Source: a bacterium
Lineage (GTDB): Bacteria > Electryoneota > RPQS01
Assembly (NCBI GenBank): GCA_023382385.1
Contig: JAHDVH010000003.1
Location: 278,806 to 342,805 of the forward strand
DNA length: 64,000 bases
Reading direction: 5' to 3'
The position numbers and the translations under genes are program-made. The notes under the pieces are model-generated. The model made no database searches and was not told where the DNA came from. It saw only the letters and a list, made by a program, of their open reading frames with translations. Below, one piece after another: positions 40,192 to 50,136 of this stretch (the first letter of the stretch is position 1; each line of letters begins with the position of its first letter).

Positions 40192-40788
40192 CTACTCAGC
40201 ATCCGCGCCAACTCGAGTCCCTCCGTGCATCATTGCAAGGTAGGAGAGAAATCCGCCTGTGGAGGGGCGAGGCTTCCGCGCGGGACGACCACGCAAAGGC
40301 CAGTTATCTCTTAGCCACTCTTCCACAGTTTTGTAGACAGGAAATAGTCGCTCCGCGGCGCGAAACTCCGGCGTGTGAAAGCGTCTGCCCCCTGTGGGAC
40401 CCTCTGTGATGCCAAAGTACAGATGCAGCATCTCGTGGTGCATCACACCCGCAACCACCATTTCAGGAATTCGTGCATCATCCAACGCGGAGTTAATCGT
40501 AATCACGCGCTTCTCCACGTCACAAAGACCCAGCGTGTAACGCCAGCGATTCCGGCTCCAGCGAATCACTGGCTGCCGAAGTTCACACTTGAACATCACG
40601 TCGTTTATGACGTCAAAGCAGTTCTGAAGATCGTAAACCAACCCTTGCGGTTTATGTCGAGGACCGCGGCGGGAGGAAGCCAGTGGCGGTTCCGGCGGGA
40701 GCGGAGTGGAAATTGTCTCTGATATCAGTCCAAAAAGTTCAAACTGATACGGGTCGGGAACAGGTCGGGTGCGTCCTACGGCTCCCAC
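40192..40788 (-). CDS. SprT-like zinc metalloprotease domain protein
   Basis: HExxH (HHEMLH) in a SprT-like context. Basic N-terminus. Confidence 0.65.
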   Translation of the reverse strand: MGAVGRTRPVPDPYQFELFGLISETISTPLPPEPPLASSRRGPRHKPQGLVYDLQNCFDVINDVMFKCELRQPVIRWSRNRWRYTLGLCDVEKRVITINSALDDARIPEMVVAGVMHHEMLHLYFGITEGPTGGRRFHTPEFRAAERLFPVYKTVEEWLRDNWPLRGRPARKPRPSTGGFLSYLAMMHGGTRVGADAE

Positions 40789-42074
40789 GTGGTTCCGTCA
40801 GCGTTAGGCAACAATCTCTCAACAGTCGGTTCCGGCAATTCGTTCTGGGCACCCTCGTGTTGAATCCCGTCGAGCTTGCGTTCCAATTGTCCAAGATCTC
40901 GATTGGCTTGCTCCATGTTGTTCCCCGCTTGCAGGACCTGCTTTGTGGCCTTCTGAAAGCTGTCCTTAACCTTCGAGAGGTCGCCCCCCAGACCCCTTAA
41001 GAGTCCCGTAATGTGCCTTGCACTTTCCGAGATTTGCATTCCCTTGAACCCAATGACTGTGACTTGCAGCAAAGCCCAAAACGACGTCGGAGACGTTGGA
41101 TAAACACCTTTCTTGCGAGCGTGCTCCATCAGGTCAGGGATTGACAGCATCTCATAGTACACCCCCTCGGCGGGAACATACATGACGGCAAACAGCAAGG
41201 TCTCGGGTGGCCGAATGTACTTGTCGGCGATGTCGTCAACATGCTTCTTAACCGCTCGCACAAACTCTTTACGCGCCACCTCTGCTTCTGAATCATCCTG
41301 CGCAGCCCGCAATCGGTTGTAGGCTTCGAGTGGAAACTTGCTGTCAACAGGCAGCCAACCGTGGGGGTTCTTGATCACGGCATCGACGCGCCCAGTGCCT
41401 AACGGGTATTGGATTTCAAACTGACTCGGATGAAGGCAGTCGCGCAGCATCCGCTCCATCTCTATTTCACCCAATTCGCCGCGCAACTTCGGGGCTTTGA
41501 GAATCCCCTGCAACTCCTCCAGTTCTTGAGAAAAGCGTTGAATCTTCTCGTTCGTTGTGTGCAGTTCTACAAGTCTCTCGGTCACGCCCTTAAAGAGACC
41601 TTCGTTGCGGGTGATAGTTTCTGAAAGCTTCTCGTCTACCTTCTTCTGAATCTCGGCCAGCTTGGCTTCGTTGGACTGCTGCAGCAGCCTGAACTGTTCG
41701 GTGAGCGACGTGACTCCTTCGCTTAGGGCTTGTCGCGACTCGGCACGTGCTTTGGACTGGTCTGCGCTTAGTGTCTCACGTAGACCTTCAAGGCTGCCGC
41801 GGAATGTCTCAATACTCTCCCTCAACTCCTTCCGTGCAATCTCCTGTTCTCCCGCAAACTCCTTCCTCGATTCACGCAACTCTGTAGACAAGGTCGCTTG
41901 ATTCTCTTGACGCGTACGCTCAATGCTCTCCTGAAGCGCGGAGATTCTGCTTTCCAAGCTGGCAGTTCTCTCCCGCTCGACATCTGAACGATTTGAGAGG
42001 CGGGTCAATTGCACCCAGAGGGCCAATCCAAGCACGGCAATCGCCGCCAAAAGGAGATAAGTAGAAATGTCCAT
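40776..42074 (-). CDS. rmuC: DNA recombination protein RmuC
   Basis: 432 aa. N-terminal TM helix, long coiled coil, conserved C-terminal RmuC domain (...YVPAEGVYYE...). Confidence 0.85.
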   Translation of the reverse strand: MDISTYLLLAAIAVLGLALWVQLTRLSNRSDVERERTASLESRISALQESIERTRQENQATLSTELRESRKEFAGEQEIARKELRESIETFRGSLEGLRETLSADQSKARAESRQALSEGVTSLTEQFRLLQQSNEAKLAEIQKKVDEKLSETITRNEGLFKGVTERLVELHTTNEKIQRFSQELEELQGILKAPKLRGELGEIEMERMLRDCLHPSQFEIQYPLGTGRVDAVIKNPHGWLPVDSKFPLEAYNRLRAAQDDSEAEVARKEFVRAVKKHVDDIADKYIRPPETLLFAVMYVPAEGVYYEMLSIPDLMEHARKKGVYPTSPTSFWALLQVTVIGFKGMQISESARHITGLLRGLGGDLSKVKDSFQKATKQVLQAGNNMEQANRDLGQLERKLDGIQHEGAQNELPEPTVERLLPNADGTTWEP

Positions 42075-42414
42075 GATTAGTTAATCAAATAAGTTAACGA
42101 ACTAACCCCTAATCCGCAACGGCTTGGATGGTCGAAGCGTTCGTGTTTATCGTTAAATTCTCATAAATAGTTATTTATTATTTGCTTAATATGGGGATGT
42201 TTCAATACTTTGAGAATGGGAATGACTTCTAAACCCCGTGAGAAGAGGACTTCAACGGTCGCGTTGGACAAGGTGGTGAGAATTGAAGCATCCAAAACGG
42301 GAATAGCCCTCCCTGCCGTGATTTCCGGTTGATTTTCAGAGTTCAAATCACGATAATAAGGAATAGAGCATATTTACTGATTGCCTTAAATTCATCCTCA
42401 CAGGGTCGACACAA

Positions 42415-43692
42415 ATGTCATTGATTCACGAGAAATTATCAAAAACGCTACCGGCCTACCAGGAGATTGTAAAATCCCTCGCCAAGACCCATGGCGACAA
42501 GGTCATCGATTCGGTTACGGTTGGCGCACTACTCGGAGGCCAGCGCGGCATAAAGTCCTTGCTTTGCGATACCTCTGAGGTTCCAGCCGACAAAGGTTTG
42601 ATCATCCGCGGCATACCCGTGATGGAACTGGTGGATAAACTCCCCGAAGAAGTCATGTGGCTTCTATTTACGGGTGAAATGCCCACAGCTTCAGAACTCG
42701 CGGATCTACAGAGTGATCTTGAAAAGCGCCGACACGTACCGGACTTCGTGTGGCACGCGATGGAAGCTTTGCCCAAAGACAGCCACCCTATGGCAGTCTT
42801 TAACCTCTTGATCTTAACACTCGAGCGGGATTCGGTATTCCGGAAGCGCTACGACGAAGGCATGGGCAAGGAAGAATACTGGAAGGCAGCACTTGAAGAC
42901 AGTTTGAACCTGATCGCGCGCATTCCTGAAATCGCCGCAGGTGTGTATCGCTGGCGGTACGATCTCGGGCCGCGGATTGCGCCCAAGCCAGGACTTGATT
43001 GGGCTGCAAACTATGCTCACATGTTGGGCGTGGAAGACAAAGATGGTGGCCTCAAGAGGCTAATGAGGCTTTACATGGTGCTGCACACTGACCATGAAAG
43101 CGGCAACGTCTCGGCTCACACTTGTCATTGCGTAGCCTCCGCACTCTCTGACCCGTACTACGCTGTCAGTGCAGGGTTAAATGGACTTGCCGGTCCGTTG
43201 CACGGTTTGGCAAATCAAGAGGTCCTGCAGTGGTTGCTGGATGTTCTGAAGAAATTCAATGGCAACCCCTCTGATGAACAGCTTGACGCTTTTGCTCATG
43301 AAACTCTTTCGTCCGGCCGCGTGATCCCGGGATATGGTCATGCAGTTCTCAGAGTGGTGGATCCGCGTTTCACAGCCTTCCTCGAATTCGGGAAGAAGGA
43401 ATGTCCTGACGGTCCCGTCTTCAAGCTGGCCGAACAGGTCTTCCGTGTCGTCCCTGAAATCCTCAAGGGGATTCAAAAGATCAAGGATCCGTGGCCGAAT
43501 GTCGATTCGATTTCCGGCAGTCTGCTGCACCACTACGGTGTTACGCAGCCTCGCTATTATACGGTCATGTTCGGTGTTTCGCGGGCCATAGGCATGTGCT
43601 CGCAGATTGTGATGAGCAGAGCCTGGGGTGAGCCGATTCAAAGACCCAAATCTATTTCCATCAGCCAATTGAAGAAACTCGCCGAAGCTTAG
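42415..43692 (+). CDS. gltA: Citrate synthase
   Basis: 425 aa. ...GGQRGIKSLLCDTSEVPADKGLIIRGI..., catalytic His/Asp regions (HGYGHAVLR, ...). Confidence 0.9.
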   Translation: MSLIHEKLSKTLPAYQEIVKSLAKTHGDKVIDSVTVGALLGGQRGIKSLLCDTSEVPADKGLIIRGIPVMELVDKLPEEVMWLLFTGEMPTASELADLQSDLEKRRHVPDFVWHAMEALPKDSHPMAVFNLLILTLERDSVFRKRYDEGMGKEEYWKAALEDSLNLIARIPEIAAGVYRWRYDLGPRIAPKPGLDWAANYAHMLGVEDKDGGLKRLMRLYMVLHTDHESGNVSAHTCHCVASALSDPYYAVSAGLNGLAGPLHGLANQEVLQWLLDVLKKFNGNPSDEQLDAFAHETLSSGRVIPGYGHAVLRVVDPRFTAFLEFGKKECPDGPVFKLAEQVFRVVPEILKGIQKIKDPWPNVDSISGSLLHHYGVTQPRYYTVMFGVSRAIGMCSQIVMSRAWGEPIQRPKSISISQLKKLAEA

Positions 43693-43711
43693 GCGAGTAA
43701 CTCCCCAGAGT

Positions 43712-43746
43712 AAAAGCCCGGCGTTAGCGCGCCGGGCTTTTCTTTC
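43712..43746. terminator. Bidirectional rho-independent terminator between convergent gltA and the FAD-oxidase gene
   Basis: aaaagcccggcg-ttagcg-cgccgggctttt: 8-12 bp stem flanked by an A-run upstream and a T-run downstream. Confidence 0.8.
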
Positions 43747-43761
43747 CGTTACTGTGAACTG

Positions 43762-45081
43762 CTATTGCGAACCGGTGCGTAACGGTTTGAAGCGCGAAGC
43801 TGGATCACACTTGCCAACCAATGCGGCCTCAATACTCCGAGTCACAGCATCGCGAAATCCCGTGAGACTAACTAACCCCGCAGCTGTTTCAACCGGACAC
43901 CCTCCAAGATGAATTGAGTCTTCAGCCAGCCGCTCTAACAAGTCTGCTGCGCGCCGAGCAGTGCGGGCTTCATCATCCGGATGAAGGACCCAAACTCGTA
44001 CGTCTCCAGTGTCCAACGTTCCCCAAACGGCAACGTCCAGGCTTCGGTCACGCGCAAGTTCATCGACACGTTCATCAAAGTCGACAAGTGCTTCGGCCGG
44101 CAGACGGAACCTTCCACGAGATCTGTGGGGGAACAACCTCGTCAGAGTTCGCGGCAACCTCAGAAGGTTTTGCCATATCTGGTTGACTCGGGCGGCTTCG
44201 TTCGTCGTCGTGTGCTGCACGTTCTGCAGTGCGTCCAATGTAAGCGACTCGTCCCACTCAACGGCGAGCAGCGTCACCGCGCGATCTGTAACGAAATTGT
44301 CGTTCCCCTGTCGAAGTGCTCGGGTTGCGGTCTTTGTGTAGAATGGAATCGCCGACGGCTGCGGCGACTGAGAACGCCATACTCGATACAACTCGCCAAG
44401 CTGCTCCACGCTCTCGCACTCAGCCAACAACAGAGTCCGTGACTTGGGAAGCGACTCAATGGCCAGCTCGAAGCGAGTGAAAACCCCGTAGCGCGCTTGA
44501 CTTCCAAACAAAAGCGGCGAGACATCCACTCCGTCGCTGCTCAGACCTGGCCCCGTATGGAAAATAGTTCCGTCGTAACCTATCCACTCCATGCAACGAA
44601 GGTTTGATAAGACCCCACCGCTCCGCAGGCAGCGCAGTCCCTCCTGCGCGTTTGCAAACAAGGTTCCCAATGTCTCGCCAGGTTCAATCGGGTGCAAGGG
44701 CGGCCATGTTAGCCCCCGTTGCGCCAAATCCACCGCCATTGACTCAAGCAGATTTCCAGAAAAAAACCACATTCCTTTCCCATCTGAAGACAACCTACAG
44801 GGTCCCACAAGTTTGTGCGTGAGCACAAGCATCGCACCCTCTAACTCCTGAACGGCGGCAGGATGCTGTCCGGACGCTACCGCTACTCGAATCTCCTTTT
44901 CCGCCGCAAAGCGCAGGGCTGCTTGAAGATCTTCGACTGAAGTCGGCTCAATAATCAGATCCGGCAAGTCGTTCTTCCGCAATGATCCGCTCAGCAGTGC
45001 GAGCATGTGTTTCTGTGCAGCATGCACAGTCATGCCCGGCGCATGCTTCTTGAGCTTCGCAAATCGGTCAAAGATGATCAC
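43762..45081 (-). CDS. FAD-binding oxidoreductase (PCMH-type FAD-linked oxidase)
   Basis: 439 aa. N-terminal FAD-binding PCMH pattern (...IIEPTSVEDLQAALRFAAEKEIRVAVASG...). 4-bp overlap with the upstream FmdB-like gene. Confidence 0.7.
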   Translation of the reverse strand: MIIFDRFAKLKKHAPGMTVHAAQKHMLALLSGSLRKNDLPDLIIEPTSVEDLQAALRFAAEKEIRVAVASGQHPAAVQELEGAMLVLTHKLVGPCRLSSDGKGMWFFSGNLLESMAVDLAQRGLTWPPLHPIEPGETLGTLFANAQEGLRCLRSGGVLSNLRCMEWIGYDGTIFHTGPGLSSDGVDVSPLLFGSQARYGVFTRFELAIESLPKSRTLLLAECESVEQLGELYRVWRSQSPQPSAIPFYTKTATRALRQGNDNFVTDRAVTLLAVEWDESLTLDALQNVQHTTTNEAARVNQIWQNLLRLPRTLTRLFPHRSRGRFRLPAEALVDFDERVDELARDRSLDVAVWGTLDTGDVRVWVLHPDDEARTARRAADLLERLAEDSIHLGGCPVETAAGLVSLTGFRDAVTRSIEAALVGKCDPASRFKPLRTGSQ

Positions 45082-45350
45082 GTCTTGCTCGCTGCGCCTT
45101 GCGTCGACCCGCTGGACTCTTTGCTATCAGAAGAACTGCTTTTGCTTGAGTCGCTGCTTCCACTGGGTGATTTCTTAGCGTAGTCTGTAATGTAGAAGCC
45201 CGAACCTTTGAAGATGAGTCCACTTCCCGCCGAAATCCTGCGCTCCGCGCGCCCGCCGCAGATCGGACAAACTTCGAGTGCAGGATCGAGCATGCTCTGA
45301 AATTCCTCAAACTCATGCTTGTTTTCACAAACGTATTCGTAGGTCGGCAT
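45078..45350 (-). CDS. FmdB-family zinc-ribbon protein with Ser-rich tail
   Basis: MPTYEYVCENKHEFE...CPICGG is the FmdB/CxxC...CPxCG signature. C-terminal SSDSSKSSSSDSKESS tail. Confidence 0.75.
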   Translation of the reverse strand: MPTYEYVCENKHEFEEFQSMLDPALEVCPICGGRAERRISAGSGLIFKGSGFYITDYAKKSPSGSSDSSKSSSSDSKESSGSTQGAASKT

Positions 45351-45363
45351 GGGGTGATTCTTG

Positions 45364-46554
45364 TTAAGACTTGATATCTGAAACAGCTGCGGCGATTCGA
45401 TTCACAGACTCGATTAAGATTTCATCCGATGTTGCAAACGACAGCCGAATGCAGTCCGGTGCTCGAAACGCGGTGCCCGGAACGATCGCCACATGATACT
45501 TGTCCAGCAGATACTCGGCAAAGGCCGTTGCTTCCTTTAGTGGTTTCCCATTGATTGACCCGGTCATCATGGCCGGTATCTGCGGGAATGCATAGAACGC
45601 TCCCTCCGGCTTCGGGATTCGAATTCCCGGGACATCCTTCAAGGCTGCATGACAGATATCGCGCCGGCGTACAAAATCCTTGTTCATCATCTCAGGATAA
45701 GCAGTGCCGCTTTGAATTCCCGCTAACGCCGCCTTTTGTGAAATCGAACACGGCGAGGAAGTCATCTGGCTCTGAATTCGCGCGATGGCGTCCGATACTT
45801 CAAGTGGTGCGGCCCCATATCCAATCCGCCAGCCGGTCATTGCGAAACTCTTCGATACTCCATTCACGACGACCGTTCGCTCCATCATGCCCGGGAAATG
45901 CGCAGGGCTGACGTGCTCCCGCCCGTCAAAACGTAAGTACTCGTATATTTCGTCCGAAATCACATAAGTGCGATGACGCCTCAGAACAGTTGAAATCGCC
46001 TCCATTTCCGCGCCGGAAAGCACTGCTCCTGTGGGATTGCATGGACTGTTCAGCATGATTACTTTGGTTCTCGGAGATATCAACCGCTCCAAGACTTCCG
46101 CCCGCAAATGGAACCCGTCCTCCACTTTCGTCGGAGCGAAAACCACTTCCCCACCCGCCAGCCATACCAGTTCAGGATAAGAAAGCCAGCACGGTTCGGG
46201 AATGATCACTTCATCACCGGGCTCCACCAGCGCGAGCAGTGCGCTGGCCAGTATGTGTTTGGCGCCGTTGCCCACCACAATCTGTTGCGGAGCATAGTCG
46301 AGGTCGTTATCCCGCTTGAGCTTCTCGCAAATCGCTTGGCGAAGCTCCATGATGCCCGAGGCCGCGGTATACTTCGTGAAATTATCGTCAATCGCTTTAT
46401 GACCGGCCTGCTTAACTTCCGGCGGGGATGGGTGGTCCGGCTCACCGACAGACAAATCGTAAATCTTCACCCCCTGCTTTTGCAGAGTGCGCACCTTTTC
46501 AACTATCGCCAACGTTTGAGAAATCGACAGGCGAGAGACACGGGACGTTAGCAC
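45364..46554 (-). CDS. PLP-dependent aminotransferase, class I (aspartate-aminotransferase-like)
   Basis: 396 aa. ...NSPCNPTGAV..., PLP-lysine region SKSFAMTGWRIGY. Confidence 0.85.
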   Translation of the reverse strand: MLTSRVSRLSISQTLAIVEKVRTLQKQGVKIYDLSVGEPDHPSPPEVKQAGHKAIDDNFTKYTAASGIMELRQAICEKLKRDNDLDYAPQQIVVGNGAKHILASALLALVEPGDEVIIPEPCWLSYPELVWLAGGEVVFAPTKVEDGFHLRAEVLERLISPRTKVIMLNSPCNPTGAVLSGAEMEAISTVLRRHRTYVISDEIYEYLRFDGREHVSPAHFPGMMERTVVVNGVSKSFAMTGWRIGYGAAPLEVSDAIARIQSQMTSSPCSISQKAALAGIQSGTAYPEMMNKDFVRRRDICHAALKDVPGIRIPKPEGAFYAFPQIPAMMTGSINGKPLKEATAFAEYLLDKYHVAIVPGTAFRAPDCIRLSFATSDEILIESVNRIAAAVSDIKS

Positions 46555-46574
46555 GTTATACCTTTCAATATAAA

Positions 46575-47084
46575 TTAGAATTCTTCCTGCCAGAACAAGA
46601 CGCGAAACCGATCGTCGGCAGGTTTCATTACTGTAAATCTTGCAAACCCAATGAGCGGCGATAAGTTGTCCAGAACAAGCTGATACTGCGCTCGAAACTC
46701 AATCAAACTGTCCGAGGTTGCGAGCTCCAACGTTTCGCTTGGGATTCCCGCCCAAATCAGAGAGATGCGATCATATGCACGGAATAGTCGAGCTGTTGCA
46801 CGCAAATCTGTTTCGCGAAACCAGCCGTCGTGCCGCTGCAAGTCGAGATCAAAGTAGCGGAATTGAAACGACTCATCCAACAGCTCTGAGTAACGCAGGG
46901 AATCCTCAAGCTCATAGGCAGTGACAAAATTCTCCAGCAACCCGCCGACAGTCTGCGCGTCAGACCAAATTGTGCCCGCATCGCCGCGCAGTGCCGGCGC
47001 AAATGGATTCGTGCAGCTTGTCGCGACGACGGCAGCAAGCAGAATGGTCAGCGCGATTGCACGAGTGCCTTGAGATCGCTCCAT
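46575..47084 (-). CDS. Hypothetical lipoprotein (paralogue of the next gene)
   Basis: Lipobox LLAAVVATSC. Architecture and spaced residues similar to 47048-47626. Confidence 0.5.
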   Translation of the reverse strand: MERSQGTRAIALTILLAAVVATSCTNPFAPALRGDAGTIWSDAQTVGGLLENFVTAYELEDSLRYSELLDESFQFRYFDLDLQRHDGWFRETDLRATARLFRAYDRISLIWAGIPSETLELATSDSLIEFRAQYQLVLDNLSPLIGFARFTVMKPADDRFRVLFWQEEF

Positions 47085-47626
47085 GAGGCAAGCTCCTCGG
47101 TTCGACGATCGGACCACCCGACGATCTCCCAATACCCCTGACTCCCAATTCTCATTGAAAACTCAGCTTCTCCGGCCATCGGTCCGGGTGCACCGCTTAG
47201 CGCGACCTGAGCCGTTAGATCGTATCGAGTCGTCACGCGAGCTGTATCACCTATGACAGTCTGTTCCGTTGCGGTAAACAAAACGAAGATAACGCTGTCC
47301 CGCGGCAGCACACCCTCACCAAGCAGACTGTTAATATGTGCCAGTTCACGTGCATAGTCCCAATCAGCGATTGAGGGCTGCTGCAATAGGACCTGCGGAT
47401 CAGCGAAAAAGGCAAAACTGTCCGGCTGAAATGAGCGCATATAGTTTGACGCGTTCCGCTCAAACAATGCCAAAGTCAGATTGGTCAGAACTTCCGATGG
47501 CGTGAGAGGAACCTCCCAACTTCCACGCGCACCGACAGGGTCTTCCGGGTCGCGAGTCTGAAACAGATCGCAACCAATGACCAGCACGGCCGTCAAGAGG
47601 AAGATGGATACAGCAAGTTTGCTCAA
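47048..47626 (-). CDS. Hypothetical lipoprotein
   Basis: Lipobox LLTAVLVIGC. 192 aa. No known domain recognised. Confidence 0.5.
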   Translation of the reverse strand: MSKLAVSIFLLTAVLVIGCDLFQTRDPEDPVGARGSWEVPLTPSEVLTNLTLALFERNASNYMRSFQPDSFAFFADPQVLLQQPSIADWDYARELAHINSLLGEGVLPRDSVIFVLFTATEQTVIGDTARVTTRYDLTAQVALSGAPGPMAGEAEFSMRIGSQGYWEIVGWSDRRTEELASWSDLKALVQSR

Positions 47627-48921
47627 ATTACCATGAACCAGGTCAACAGCAGCACCGGCGCGAGAAACGGCAGCGAGTACTTGACTATATACTCAACGAA
47701 GGTTGGCGTCGGGAGCTTCTCGTGCTCGGCGATTGCTTTGCACATGAAATTCGGACCGTTCCCGATATACGTAACCGCACCGAAAAACACAGCGGCGATT
47801 GAAATGGTTCGCAACATGTCTGGGTGTTCAATCGCGAATCGCATGACTTCTGCCTTGCTTCCGACGTCCATATCATAGAGTCCCATGGCGGTCGTCAGGA
47901 AATTCAAGTACGTCGGCGCGTTATCGAGTGCGGCGGAGAGGCCGCCAGTAAGCCAATAAAACTGCGTGGCTGTTTGAATACCAAGTGCACCCGCATTGTG
48001 CGCAAGCCAATCCAGTGCCGGCATCATCGCGGCAAATATACCGAAGAACAGGATTGCAACTTCCTGCACGGGGTGGAAGTTGAAGTTGTTGCGTTCGTGA
48101 ATATGCTTCGGCGTAAGGAAGTAAGATCCGACCGCGGCACCTATCATCAGGAATTCCCGTACAAGCAGAGGCTTTTGCACAAACGCTGCGCCAATGATGA
48201 TTGCCAGAAACGGCAAATTCACAAGCCCGCGAACGCGGAATCTATCTTCCAGTTCGGCAGCTTCGTGCTCGAACTCGGAGTGCTTATCATATTCGCGCTT
48301 GTCCAGTATATAAAAGAGGAATAGCAGGATCGAAATTGCAATGGCCCACTTGTACCAAAGCATTTCAAAGACCCAGAAGAACGGTACACCTCTTAGATAG
48401 CCGAGAAACAACGGCGGATCGCCGATCGGCGTCAGCGCTCCACCGCAATTGGATACGATGAAGATAAAGAACGCAATGTGATACTTCTGGAACCGCCATG
48501 AATTGCCGCGCATAAACGGCCTTATCAGGATCATGGATGCGCCGGTTGTACCGACCAAGTTCGCAAGTACCGCGCCTATTCCAAGAATTGCAAGATTCTG
48601 ATGTGGTGTCAAGCGACCGGTCATCGCGACAAGCAGGCCGCCGGAAACCACATACAGTGATCCGATTAAAGCAATAAAAGAGAAATACTCGTGCCCGACG
48701 TGCAAGACGTGCTCGGTCGCGTGTCTGCCAAGAATATAGTAACCAACAACTAGCAGACCCAAAGGCACCGTCAGCCACGGATAGTACTTCTCCCAGAACT
48801 TCGGATTGATCAACGGCCAGATGGCAATCTGGAGCAGAATCAAGGCAAAGGGGATCGCCCAGAAGAGCGTCGGTGGATCGCCACCGAGTGAAAGCAGTGG
48901 TAGAGTCGCTGGAAGAGTCAA
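47623..48921 (-). CDS. Ion-transporter-superfamily permease (ArsB/NhaD-like; putative Na+/H+ antiporter)
   Basis: 432 aa. 10 or more TM helices. Internal repeat. Conserved ...SAALDNAPTYLNF... loop reminiscent of NhaD/ArsB permeases. Confidence 0.45.
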   Translation of the reverse strand: MTLPATLPLLSLGGDPPTLFWAIPFALILLQIAIWPLINPKFWEKYYPWLTVPLGLLVVGYYILGRHATEHVLHVGHEYFSFIALIGSLYVVSGGLLVAMTGRLTPHQNLAILGIGAVLANLVGTTGASMILIRPFMRGNSWRFQKYHIAFFIFIVSNCGGALTPIGDPPLFLGYLRGVPFFWVFEMLWYKWAIAISILLFLFYILDKREYDKHSEFEHEAAELEDRFRVRGLVNLPFLAIIIGAAFVQKPLLVREFLMIGAAVGSYFLTPKHIHERNNFNFHPVQEVAILFFGIFAAMMPALDWLAHNAGALGIQTATQFYWLTGGLSAALDNAPTYLNFLTTAMGLYDMDVGSKAEVMRFAIEHPDMLRTISIAAVFFGAVTYIGNGPNFMCKAIAEHEKLPTPTFVEYIVKYSLPFLAPVLLLTWFMVI

Positions 48922-48925
48922 GATT

Positions 48926-49714
48926 TTACGTCAGGTGTGTGACCGAGCGCCGGATCCACTCGGTAAGGGTTGGGCGAAAGTTTTCACGTGCAGCTTTTGT
49001 TTCTCTGCATCGTCGCGGAATCTCAATATGCATTCCAATTTGACAGACATCTCGGTGTAAAGAACCAAACTGCTTGGCGCGCATTGCAAGATATCGCAGT
49101 TTGTCTATCGGTTCAATGGCAAGCTCAGGTGCCCCGGCCTGCAACTTCGCAACCTCGTAATAACTCTGTTTGATCGCGTGAGCGGTGCTGGAGTCAATGC
49201 CAACGGTTGCAACTTCAATGTTCGCATGGCGACGATGGCCGTGCAACTCGATCAGCAACGTGAGCGGAAATCCTCCGCACGCCTCTTGCAATGCCTTCAC
49301 GTACGCTCGAAAGACAATTCTAGCGCGGTCCGTCTCATGTTCAGCGCTTCCTCTTCCTTCCGACTCGGTGGGACGGTTCACGTGAATGTGTCTGCCGATT
49401 GAAGCTGGAATCCGGTTCCCGTCATCATCACGAAAGTTCCTTGCAAGCACTTCGCCGCAACTCAAGTCGGCAGCCAGTCGATTTGCGAAATACTCCGTCC
49501 AGTTGTCGAAGCTCACGTGAGGTGCGGCCACCACAATCGCCGGTACTGTGTCGCAGATTCGCTTAACGACAATTTCGGTGGGAATCAGTTCCTGCAGTTT
49601 CTCCCGCAGACCTTCGCGCGTATACTCCCTCCCATCGCTCGCTGAGTAAAGCGCAACACCAGACCTAAGCGCAGACGACAGTTCCGTGATCAAGCGATTG
49701 TCAGCGTCATCCAT
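48926..49714 (-). CDS. Hypothetical protein
   Basis: 262 aa. No confident motif. Confidence 0.4.
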   Translation of the reverse strand: MDDADNRLITELSSALRSGVALYSASDGREYTREGLREKLQELIPTEIVVKRICDTVPAIVVAAPHVSFDNWTEYFANRLAADLSCGEVLARNFRDDDGNRIPASIGRHIHVNRPTESEGRGSAEHETDRARIVFRAYVKALQEACGGFPLTLLIELHGHRRHANIEVATVGIDSSTAHAIKQSYYEVAKLQAGAPELAIEPIDKLRYLAMRAKQFGSLHRDVCQIGMHIEIPRRCRETKAARENFRPTLTEWIRRSVTHLT

Positions 49715-50136
49715 CGTTCATAGCGGTCAAATACTTCCAGGAGGCTCTCGCTAAGGTATCCAAAGCCGCGCTCGTCTTGGGTCAGAACGTCGCCACTCGC
49801 AATTTCTTCACGACTTGCCCAGATCCACTCTGAATGCTCGCGGCTGAGTATAGGTTCTCCGCTTTCGGATCGCGCCACGTAATTGATGCACAGGAGTGGT
49901 TCAGACTCGCTGCTGATTCTGCCATACCAGGTATGAGCTACACCGATGATCTGAACGTCAAGTCTTGTTTCCTCCCGAATCTCACGAAGCACACCTGCGA
50001 CCGGATCTTCCCCGACCTCAAGGCGGCCGCCAGGCGGCGCAAATACAAATGGAGAAGCCGTTCGCTTCAGCAGAAGTAGCCGGCCGTTTCGGAAGACGTA
50101 GGCCGCCGCTGCCACGCGGTGCGTAAGTGTTGACAT
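49690..50136 (-). CDS. NUDIX hydrolase
   Basis: Nudix box GGRLEVGEDPVAGVLREIREETRL. Confidence 0.85.
   Translation of the reverse strand: MSTLTHRVAAAAYVFRNGRLLLLKRTASPFVFAPPGGRLEVGEDPVAGVLREIREETRLDVQIIGVAHTWYGRISSESEPLLCINYVARSESGEPILSREHSEWIWASREEIASGDVLTQDERGFGYLSESLLEVFDRYERWMTLTIA

Noticed and set aside
42161-42346. 61-aa ORF in the gltA upstream intergenic region
   Set aside because: No RBS, motif or conservation evidence. Kept only as part of the intergenic finding.
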